Below, in pieces: positions 9,480-17,234 of a DNA stretch of 64,000 nt. Below the pieces are notes generated by a model. The model searched no databases and was not told the origin of the DNA. It was given only the letters and a program-made list of their open reading frames with translations. Position numbers and translations under genes: made by a program. Source of the DNA: an uncultured Bacteroidales bacterium (GTDB lineage: Bacteria; Bacteroidota; Bacteroidia; Bacteroidales; JAGOPY01). The stretch is from contig CAWGKX010000008.1 in assembly GCA_963823285.1 (NCBI GenBank), positions 85,851 through 149,850 on the forward strand, given 5' to 3'. Position 1 is the stretch's first letter. Each line of letters starts with the position of its first letter.

Positions 9480-10883
9480 GTGGACATGAAAAAGATTTTA
9501 ATCGTCGATGACGATGACAATGTAAGATATTCTTTCAGAAAACTCTTCCAGGAGCCAGGATGCGAGATTGTCGAGGCTTCCAACGGGCTTGAGGCGCTTT
9601 CCGTCGTTAAAAAAGAAAATCCCGACCTGGTTCTGATGGATATCGAGATGCCCGGCCTTAGCGGGCTTGATGCTATCCAGCGCATCAAGGCTACGAATCC
9701 CCAGCTGCCCGTGATCATCATCACTGCCTTCGGAACCTCGGAAAGGGTGATCGGGGCTATGAAATACGGCGCATATGATTACCTGGAAAAGCCTTTTGAT
9801 GTCGGCAGGTTGAAGGAAGTCATCTCAGAAGCCCTTGAGATGAAAAGGATTTCGGATAAAGATCACAGCATGGAAATCCATGCAGCCGACACGCATACCG
9901 GGGAACAGATCGTCGGGATGAGCCCGGCCATCAAGGAAGTTTACAAGATGATCGGCCGTGTGGCGGCCAGTGACGTCAGCGTTTTGCTCAGCGGCGAAAG
10001 CGGCACCGGCAAGGAACTCGTTGCAAAAGCCATCCACCGGTACAGCGACAGGTCGGACAAACCCTTTATCGCCATCAATTGCGCGGCAATTCCCGATACT
10101 TTGCTTGAGAGCGAGCTTTTCGGCTTCGAGAAAGGCTCCTTCACAGACGCCTCGCATAAGAAGGAGGGAAAATTTGAAATGGCCGACAAAGGAACGCTCT
10201 TCCTGGACGAAGTGGCGGATATGAGCCTGACCCTTCAGGCCAAGCTGTTAAGGGTTTTGCAGGAAGGCACTTTCGAGCGGATCGGCAGCAATAAGGTCAT
10301 TAAAGTCAATGTAAGGGTAATTTCAGCTACGAATAAAAACCTGGAAAAAGCGATTGAAGCAAAGACATTCCGGGAAGATCTGTATTACAGGCTGAAAGTC
10401 ATTACCATCACCCTTCCTCCTTTAAGGATTCACACGGAAGATATTCCGCTTCTGACCACTTATTTCCTTTCCAGGCATTGCAAAGAGATGAAAAAGCCGC
10501 TTGTCACGGTTCCGCCTGAAACGATGGAAGGACTGATGAATTATTCCTGGCCGGGTAACGTGCGAGAGCTGGAGAACCTTTTGAAAAGAGCGCTGTTGCT
10601 GAGCAAAAGCAATGTCATCACACCCGATCTTTTGCAGGCGGAGATCTCCGCTTCACATCCCGGACTCAGCATCGGGACAAACAGTACTGTTTCACCATAT
10701 ATTCCGGATAACCTGGATGAATATGAAGGAAAATTATTCAAGCATGTCATTGAGCAGGTGGAGAAAGAGCTGATTGAAAAAGCCCTGGAACATAACAAAG
10801 GCAACCAGGTCAAAACGGCAAAACTCCTGGGAATATCCCGTGCGATGCTTCATGAAAGGATGGAAAAATTCGGGCTGCTGTAA
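9480..10883 (+). CDS. Sigma54-dependent NtrC-family response regulator
   Basis: Receiver domain, [26 protein letters not shown], Fis-type HTH. Confidence 0.93.
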   Translation: MDMKKILIVDDDDNVRYSFRKLFQEPGCEIVEASNGLEALSVVKKENPDLVLMDIEMPGLSGLDAIQRIKATNPQLPVIIITAFGTSERVIGAMKYGAYDYLEKPFDVGRLKEVISEALEMKRISDKDHSMEIHAADTHTGEQIVGMSPAIKEVYKMIGRVAASDVSVLLSGESGTGKELVAKAIHRYSDRSDKPFIAINCAAIPDTLLESELFGFEKGSFTDASHKKEGKFEMADKGTLFLDEVADMSLTLQAKLLRVLQEGTFERIGSNKVIKVNVRVISATNKNLEKAIEAKTFREDLYYRLKVITITLPPLRIHTEDIPLLTTYFLSRHCKEMKKPLVTVPPETMEGLMNYSWPGNVRELENLLKRALLLSKSNVITPDLLQAEISASHPGLSIGTNSTVSPYIPDNLDEYEGKLFKHVIEQVEKELIEKALEHNKGNQVKTAKLLGISRAMLHERMEKFGLL

Positions 10884-10916
10884 TATAATCTTACACCGCT
10901 GCATTATTTTCTTACA
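10879..10916. promoter_or_regulatory. Putative enhancer (bEBP binding) sites
   Basis: TGTAA-N7-TTACA palindrome and a second TGCAT-N7-TTACA copy 21 bp later, about 100 bp upstream of a sigma54 motif. Confidence 0.45.
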
Positions 10917-10919
10917 AGA

Positions 10920-10953
10920 TTCCAAATTCCAAATTCCAAATTCCAAATTCAAA
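10920..10953. repeat. (TTCCAAA)4 array
   Basis: Direct reading. Confidence 0.9.
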
Positions 10954-11000
10954 TATTCTTTCACACTGTATTTCAATCATTTATAAGTGCTGTTGAGGGT

Positions 11001-11018
11001 TTGGCACGCGATTTGATT
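11001..11018 (+). promoter_or_regulatory. Putative sigma54 (-24/-12) promoter
   Basis: TTGGCACG-CGAT-TTGAT: GG-N10-GA (consensus GG-N10-GC). Confidence 0.55.
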
Positions 11019-11084
11019 AACAGGGGCGATTGTAAAAATTTAAGTCGAAATTTATTGTTTAACCTAAAATAAGGAGATTTAAAA

Positions 11085-11702
11085 ATGAAAAGAAGCGTTT
11101 TGTTTACCCTCGTTGCTCTCGCTGGAATGGCTTTACTGTTCACCAGCTGCGCAAAAGTTCCCGAAATGGAAATGGCAAATGCCAAGGCTGCTGTAGAAGC
11201 TGCCAAGGCTGCTGAAGCTGACCGTTATGTTCCTGCTGAATACAGGGCTGTACAGGATTCATTGAACACTGCTATGACTCAAGTTGAAAACCAGAAATCA
11301 AAGTTCGTTCTCTTCAGAAGCTACAAAAAAGTTACCGTAAAGCTGAACAACGTTATTACGCTTGCTGGCACTGTTAAGACAAACGCCGGTATCCGCAAGG
11401 AAGAAGTAAAGAACCAGGCTCAGCAGACTCTGGCCGAAGCTACGACCACTGTAGCCAGTGTTAAGGAACTCATCGCAAAAGCCCCTAAAGGCAAAGAAGG
11501 TAAAGAAGCCCTCGAAGCTATCCAGAGTGATTTAGCACTTGTCGAAGCCTCTTTAGCCGAAGTTTCCACACTGATCAACAATGGTGACTATCTGACAGCT
11601 CTTGACAAAGTAAAGGCTGCTAACGACAAAGCCAACTCACTGAAGGCTGAACTCGAAGAAGCTATTGCCAAGAAGGCTCCGAAGAAAGCTCCGAAGAAGT
11701 AA
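11085..11702 (+). CDS. Alpha-helical Ala/Lys-rich lipoprotein (DUF4398-like) ending KKAPKKAPKK
   Basis: Lipobox LLFTSC; AKAAVEAAKAAEADRYVPAEY resembles DUF4398; AAGGAG at 11071-11076. Confidence 0.8.
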   Translation: MKRSVLFTLVALAGMALLFTSCAKVPEMEMANAKAAVEAAKAAEADRYVPAEYRAVQDSLNTAMTQVENQKSKFVLFRSYKKVTVKLNNVITLAGTVKTNAGIRKEEVKNQAQQTLAEATTTVASVKELIAKAPKGKEGKEALEAIQSDLALVEASLAEVSTLINNGDYLTALDKVKAANDKANSLKAELEEAIAKKAPKKAPKK

Positions 11703-11856
11703 ATTAATTAATTTTTCGGCACTATAATAATTCTAAATTTGCATCGAAATTGTTTAGCCGGAAAATAATAAAAACTGATATTATATCGTTTTTAGCTGGA
11801 AACCCCGGTAATGCATAATGCATCCCGGGGTTTCTGGCGATAATGCCAGGAATAAA

Positions 11857-12978
11857 ATGGGAATAAGAAAAATAAAAATCCGCAGAGTTTTTATAGCCAT
11901 TTTAGGACTATGCTCATTAATTGCGCTGGTCATGGGTATTATGGTCATTTCTTCTGCAAAGCCGCCCTTATACGCAATCAACAAGTGCCAGGACGAACTC
12001 AGCAGGGCCCGTGAAGTTGAGGCTGAAAAATATGCACCCCGCATCCTGGTATCGGCAGAAAACGCCTGCCAGCTTGCCATGAATGAATGGAAATACCAGA
12101 ATGACCGGGTATTTCTTGTCAGGGATTACGACCCCTTGATCGCTATGGTCAGGGAAGCCACCGATAAAGCCCGTGAAGCAGCTGATCTGTCACTGCATAT
12201 TAAAGATTCACTTCAATCAGGCCTTAGCACGAAGCTGAAAACTGTCTGCGGCAAGATTGAACACTTTGATGTCAATTATGCCCACCTGCCCCTGAGCGGT
12301 ACTACCAGGCAAAACTACACCACTGCAAAACTCCGTTACCTGGAGTCAAAAGAAGCTTTTGAAAGAGGCGATTACAAGCAGGTAGGTGTCAATCTGGATG
12401 TAGCCAGTCAATTGATCACAAGATCAGTCAGCGAAGCACATTCCTTCCTGTCCAATTACTTTAATGGCCTTCCAAAATGGCGCTCATGGAGCAGTGAAAC
12501 AATCAACTGGTCGAGAAACAATAGTGCTGCTGCAATTATTGTAGATAAATTTGCCAAGAAATGCTATCTTTATCATTGCGGCAACCTGAAAAAGGAATTT
12601 TCCGCCGAACTTGGCCTCAAATGGATCGGTAATAAACAATACCGGGGTGACTGTGCCACACCTGAAGGGCGATATCACGTTACAAAAAAGAAAACGAGCC
12701 GTCAGACCAAGTACTATAAAGCATTGCTGATAAATTATCCTAACGCGGAAGACCAGGCGCGTTACAGTTCCAACGTCCGGAATGGGAATATACCCAGAAG
12801 AGGCGCCGGAAACCTGATTGAAATCCACGGTTGCGGCGGTAAAGGGATCAACTGGACAGATGGTTGCATTGCCCTGAGCAATGATGATATAGACAGGCTG
12901 TTCGACATGGTCGGTGTAGGTACACCGGTGACCATCGTAGGCTCTTTGAGAAGCCTGCAGGAGATCAATGGATTTTGA
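11857..12978 (+). CDS. YkuD-family L,D-transpeptidase, YafK/DpaA-like, with helical N-terminal stalk
   Basis: N-terminal TM; GDCATPEGRY, YYKALLINYPN, IEIHG...WTDGCIAL. Confidence 0.85.
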   Translation: MGIRKIKIRRVFIAILGLCSLIALVMGIMVISSAKPPLYAINKCQDELSRAREVEAEKYAPRILVSAENACQLAMNEWKYQNDRVFLVRDYDPLIAMVREATDKAREAADLSLHIKDSLQSGLSTKLKTVCGKIEHFDVNYAHLPLSGTTRQNYTTAKLRYLESKEAFERGDYKQVGVNLDVASQLITRSVSEAHSFLSNYFNGLPKWRSWSSETINWSRNNSAAAIIVDKFAKKCYLYHCGNLKKEFSAELGLKWIGNKQYRGDCATPEGRYHVTKKKTSRQTKYYKALLINYPNAEDQARYSSNVRNGNIPRRGAGNLIEIHGCGGKGINWTDGCIALSNDDIDRLFDMVGVGTPVTIVGSLRSLQEINGF

Positions 12979-13005
12979 ATTATTTTTGAATCTAAATTAA
13001 TAAAC

Positions 13006-13710
13006 ATGCAGGACAGACCCTCTCCAGCACATACTTTCTTCAAAGTTCTCCTGGTTTTTTTCACGGCCATCATTCTTTCCGTCGTCATTTCCTGGCCTGT
13101 CCTCACTCATTTCGGCAAGATCCAGGAATTTGCCATGCGCTTTAAGCCAAACGCTCAATTTGAGGCGACGGCAGCACGGATTGGAATAAACAACCTGAAA
13201 ACACACGGGGATGCGCTTGATAAAGAACTTGGCGATATTCAGAAAAAGTTATCGGTCTATTTGCCTAAAGGGCCTTATCTGATCATCAACACTTCTGCAA
13301 ATAATTTCAAGCTGATGAAAGATGAGGGGGCAGTCATACGCGAGGGAATGTGCTCGACGGGAAGTTACACAGTTCTGCAGGGAGGGGCAGGCCAGCAGTG
13401 GATATTTAAAACGCCCCGGGGGATGTTCAAAATATTGAAGAAAACCGAAAACCCGGTTTGGAAAAAGCCTGACTGGGCCTTTATTGAAGAGGGTTTACCG
13501 GTGCCTTCGCCCAATCATCCCTCAAGGTTTGAAGATGGCGTTCTCGGCTCCTATTCAATGAACCTTGGCGAGGGTTATATGATCCACGGGACGCTTTATA
13601 AAAGATTCCTCGGGATGCCGGTTACGCACGGCTGTATCAGGATGGGCGATGCTGATCTCGAAGTAGTGTTTAAGACTATGCAGCTCGGTTCGAAGGTCTA
13701 TATTTATTAA
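13006..13710 (+). CDS. YkuD-family L,D-transpeptidase, ErfK/YbiS-like
   Basis: TM anchor; TPRGMFKI, NPVW, YMIHGT...THGCIRM. Confidence 0.88.
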   Translation: MQDRPSPAHTFFKVLLVFFTAIILSVVISWPVLTHFGKIQEFAMRFKPNAQFEATAARIGINNLKTHGDALDKELGDIQKKLSVYLPKGPYLIINTSANNFKLMKDEGAVIREGMCSTGSYTVLQGGAGQQWIFKTPRGMFKILKKTENPVWKKPDWAFIEEGLPVPSPNHPSRFEDGVLGSYSMNLGEGYMIHGTLYKRFLGMPVTHGCIRMGDADLEVVFKTMQLGSKVYIY

Positions 13711-13723
13711 TCCAGGAAATTAC

Positions 13724-14614
13724 ATGAACTCAACCAGTACATCTGAAGGATTGCAGGAAAATTCCGGGTCTGATCCGGTAAAGAAAAGAAAAGGCGGTTC
13801 CGGCTCATTTTTCAGATGGTTCGGCCGAAACCGAAGGGTACAGGTGATCTTCATTATCCTGGTCATTGCCCTGCCCGTCTCTATCATTATTTACGGTATT
13901 CTCCTTCCTGTCAGTAACTTTACGCCATCCCCGACGGCTATTACGGTGCCGAATTATGAAACGGGAAACACTACTGTTCCGCTGGACGACAATCAGCTGC
14001 AGGAAGTTAAAAAGATCGTCCGGGAGGAAAATGAAAAAGCATTTCAGCAAAACAGGCTTGCCCTGGCTGATAAAGATTCCATCTATATGGTCCTCGATGT
14101 GCCCGACAGTGTGCTTATCCTTGAGATCAAAGGTGTGACGGTCAAAAAGACCAAGTTGCTGGACCTGGAGATGAGCCACAGGTTTGCGCTAATTTCCCAT
14201 GAAAATCTGCTTCCCTGGATTTCCGAGCCATTTATCCTGGAACGTGATCTGTCGACTATTCCAAAACAGCCTATAGTAATAAAACAAGCTCCCAAGGACA
14301 CTATTGAAGCTGCTAAACAGTCGAGTAAGCCCAAACCTCCCGATTCAACCAATGTGTTTTATACTTTCTATTTTGACCGGAACCTTGTCCTGGAAGTTGA
14401 GCAGGCAGATCCGCCCGAGTCAGGCATCAATGAAAAAGTATTAAACTACCAGGAGATCAAAAAGGAAGAATCGACCCATTCATTACTGCAAATGCTGAAA
14501 AAGCCCCAGCAAACCGATCAGCCGATGATGATTAAAATGGTGGTCAGCGAGATCGATGCTAAGGCAATATACAGGGCTGTTCCCAAGAAGACCCGCCTTA
14601 TCCTGAAGCTGTAA
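13724..14614 (+). CDS. Membrane-anchored hypothetical protein, possibly a degenerate YkuD-like domain
   Basis: Single TM; YMVLDVPDSVLILEIKGV and C-terminal DAKAIYRAVPKKTRLIL parallel the YkuD ends; no HG..GC motif. Confidence 0.6.
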   Translation: MNSTSTSEGLQENSGSDPVKKRKGGSGSFFRWFGRNRRVQVIFIILVIALPVSIIIYGILLPVSNFTPSPTAITVPNYETGNTTVPLDDNQLQEVKKIVREENEKAFQQNRLALADKDSIYMVLDVPDSVLILEIKGVTVKKTKLLDLEMSHRFALISHENLLPWISEPFILERDLSTIPKQPIVIKQAPKDTIEAAKQSSKPKPPDSTNVFYTFYFDRNLVLEVEQADPPESGINEKVLNYQEIKKEESTHSLLQMLKKPQQTDQPMMIKMVVSEIDAKAIYRAVPKKTRLILKL

Positions 14615-14634
14615 CCGGCAAAAAATGAAATCTG

Positions 14635-14663
14635 AACCGACAGGCTGACCCGTCGGTTTTTTT
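14635..14663 (+). terminator. Intrinsic terminator
   Basis: AACCGACAGG-CTGA-CCCGTCGGTT followed by a T-run. Confidence 0.75.
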
Positions 14664-14769
14664 GTTTTCAGGACAAAATCCTTTTCCTTCGCTGTCGTAT
14701 TTAAAAATTCTCTATTTTTAAGACGCATTTCAAAGACTTAAAAACCATAATCATTTAATACTCTGAACT

Positions 14770-16377
14770 TTGTTCCGAATAGACTCGAAAATCGACATTC
14801 AATCAGCAGATTTTAAGCAAAATAAGGCTCATTTTCTCCAGATCCTGCAAGAATACAAGACTATCCTTAAAAAAGTCAAGCACGGTGGACCTCCAAAAGC
14901 CATCGAAAGGCATAAGCAGCGCGGTAAATTGCTTGCACGGGAGCGGATAGACCTGTTAATCGACCCGAACACGCCTTTCCTGGAGCTATCGCCGCTTGCG
15001 GCCTATGGTGAATTTGACAACCAGTTCCCTTCGGCAGGGATCATCACGGGGATAGGCGTCATTGAAGGCAGGGAAACGCTGATCATTGCCAACGATGCCA
15101 CCATTAAAGGCGGCACTTACATGAAGGAAACCATAAAGAAACATGTCAGGGCACAGCAGATCGCTATTGAGAACCATCTGCCCTGCATTTATATGGTCGA
15201 TTCAGGCGGTATTTTCCTTCCCGAGCAGTCCAAAGTTTTTGCAGATCGTTTCAATTTCGGCCGGTTCTTTTATAACCAGGCACGGCTCTCCGCTATGGGG
15301 GTGCCGCAAATTGCCTGCGTAATGGGCTTCTGCACGGCCGGCGGAGCTTACGTGCCCGCAATGAGTGATGAAACCATCATTGTCAAGGAACAGGGGACTA
15401 TCTACATCGGTGGTCCGCCACTGGTAAAGGCGGCAACAGGCGAAGTGGTCACACCCGAAGAGCTCGGGGGGGCTTACGTTCACACTTCTATCTCCGGCGT
15501 AGCAGATCATCTTGCAGAAAATGACCGCCATGCGATACAGATCTGCCGTAACATCTTCCAGACACTCGAGAAAAAAGAAAAACAGGTACTTAATACCTCC
15601 CCGATCGAAGAGCCTTACTATGATCCGGAAGAACTCTACGGCATCGCCCCCATCGACTTTAAAAAGCCTGTCAATTCCCGTGAGATCATAGCCCGTATTG
15701 TCGATGGCAGCCGCTTCCAGGAATTCAAGGCGCTGTACGCGCCCACCCTGACAACCGGATTTGCCAATATCATGGGATATCCTGTGGGGATTATAGCCAA
15801 TAACGGGGTGCTATTTTCCGAATCATCACTTAAAGGAGCGCATTTTGTCGAACTCTGCACTTCACGGAAAGTCCCCATCATATTCATGCAAAATATCACA
15901 GGATTTATTGTGGGGAAACAATATGAACATGGCGGAATTGCCAAAGACGGTGCCAAGTTCGTGCATGCGGTCGCAAATGCAGAAGTGCCCAAGTTCACTG
16001 TCATATTCGGCGGATCTTTCGGCGCAGGCAATTATGCGATGGCCGGCCGGGGCTATGATCCCAGGCTATTGTTCATGTGGCCTAATTCCCGTATATCGGT
16101 GATGGGCGGCGAACAGGCTTCCGATGTTCTCATCCAGGTGAAGGAAGAACAGCTCAAGGCACAGGGAGAAGTGATGGACCCCAAAGAACGTGAAAAACTG
16201 CGGGCGGAAATCCTTAAAAAGTATGATGAAGAAGGATCGCCATATTTCAGCACTTCCAGGTTATGGGACGATGGGATCATCGACCCGGTGGAAACGCGGA
16301 AATACCTGGCTATGGGAATTGCTGCCTCGTTGAACTGCCCGTTTCCGGACACGAAATACGGAGTTTTCAGGATGTAA
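14770..16377 (+). CDS. liuB: 3-methylcrotonyl-CoA carboxylase beta (carboxyltransferase) subunit
   Basis: ANDATIKGG, CTAGGAYVPAM, SVMGGEQA, C-terminal GVFRM. Confidence 0.85.
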   Translation: MFRIDSKIDIQSADFKQNKAHFLQILQEYKTILKKVKHGGPPKAIERHKQRGKLLARERIDLLIDPNTPFLELSPLAAYGEFDNQFPSAGIITGIGVIEGRETLIIANDATIKGGTYMKETIKKHVRAQQIAIENHLPCIYMVDSGGIFLPEQSKVFADRFNFGRFFYNQARLSAMGVPQIACVMGFCTAGGAYVPAMSDETIIVKEQGTIYIGGPPLVKAATGEVVTPEELGGAYVHTSISGVADHLAENDRHAIQICRNIFQTLEKKEKQVLNTSPIEEPYYDPEELYGIAPIDFKKPVNSREIIARIVDGSRFQEFKALYAPTLTTGFANIMGYPVGIIANNGVLFSESSLKGAHFVELCTSRKVPIIFMQNITGFIVGKQYEHGGIAKDGAKFVHAVANAEVPKFTVIFGGSFGAGNYAMAGRGYDPRLLFMWPNSRISVMGGEQASDVLIQVKEEQLKAQGEVMDPKEREKLRAEILKKYDEEGSPYFSTSRLWDDGIIDPVETRKYLAMGIAASLNCPFPDTKYGVFRM

Positions 16378-16401
16378 CCAACAACCAATTACGAATGACC
16401 A

Positions 16402-17190
16402 ATGACTGACTTTCAAACCATCGAATTCGAAAAAAAGGATGACCTGGGGATCATCTGGCTGAACCGCCCGGAGATCCATAATGCTTTCAATGAAGTCATG
16501 ATCAGGGAGCTGATTGAGTGCTTCGAGGCAGTTAACGGGATGGAAGATATCCGTATCGTCATCTTAAGGGGAAAGGGAAAGTCTTTTTGCGCGGGCGCTG
16601 ACCTGAACTGGATGCGCAATGTGGCTAAATATTCTTTCGATCAGAACTATAAAGAAAGTCTTAACCTTTCAAAGTGCCTTTTCACAATCTACACCTGTCA
16701 TAAACCTACCATTGCAATCGTTCACGGGGCAGCGATCGGCGGGGCCAACGGGCTGATGGCTGCATGCGATCATGCTTATGCCGAGGACAATACTACTTTC
16801 TCACTCAGCGAAGTTAAGATAGGCATCGTGCCTGCCTGCATTTCGCCTTATGTTACCAAAAGGATAGGAGAATATGGCGCACGTGAGCTGATGCTGACAG
16901 GGAGAAGGATTAAAGGCCAGGAAGCCGAACAATTCAGGCTCGTCAATAAGTCCTTGCCGGCAGAAGAGCTGGAAAGCTATGTGTCATCGCTGACAGACCT
17001 ATTGCGGACCAGCGGCCCGAAAGCCATGTCGCAGTGCAAAACGCTGATCTTCAATATATGTAATATGGAGACACTGCAACAAGCCATGGAATCAACTGCC
17101 AGGATGATAGCTGAAATAAGGGCATCGGAAGAGGGGCAGGAAGGGATGGCGGCGTTCCTGGAGAAACGAAAACCTGGCTGGACTAAATAA
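16402..17190 (+). CDS. liuC: Enoyl-CoA hydratase (methylglutaconyl-CoA hydratase-like)
   Basis: FCAGADL, SEVKIGIVPACISPYV, AFLEKRKP; operon context. Confidence 0.75.
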   Translation: MTDFQTIEFEKKDDLGIIWLNRPEIHNAFNEVMIRELIECFEAVNGMEDIRIVILRGKGKSFCAGADLNWMRNVAKYSFDQNYKESLNLSKCLFTIYTCHKPTIAIVHGAAIGGANGLMAACDHAYAEDNTTFSLSEVKIGIVPACISPYVTKRIGEYGARELMLTGRRIKGQEAEQFRLVNKSLPAEELESYVSSLTDLLRTSGPKAMSQCKTLIFNICNMETLQQAMESTARMIAEIRASEEGQEGMAAFLEKRKPGWTK

Positions 17191-17192
17191 TA

Positions 17193-17222
17193 AATGTTGA
17201 ATGTTGAATGTTGAATGTTGAA
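17193..17222. repeat. (AATGTTG)4 array
   Basis: Reverse complement of the CAACATT array at 5903. Confidence 0.9.
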
Positions 17223-17234
17223 TTAATAAACGAT

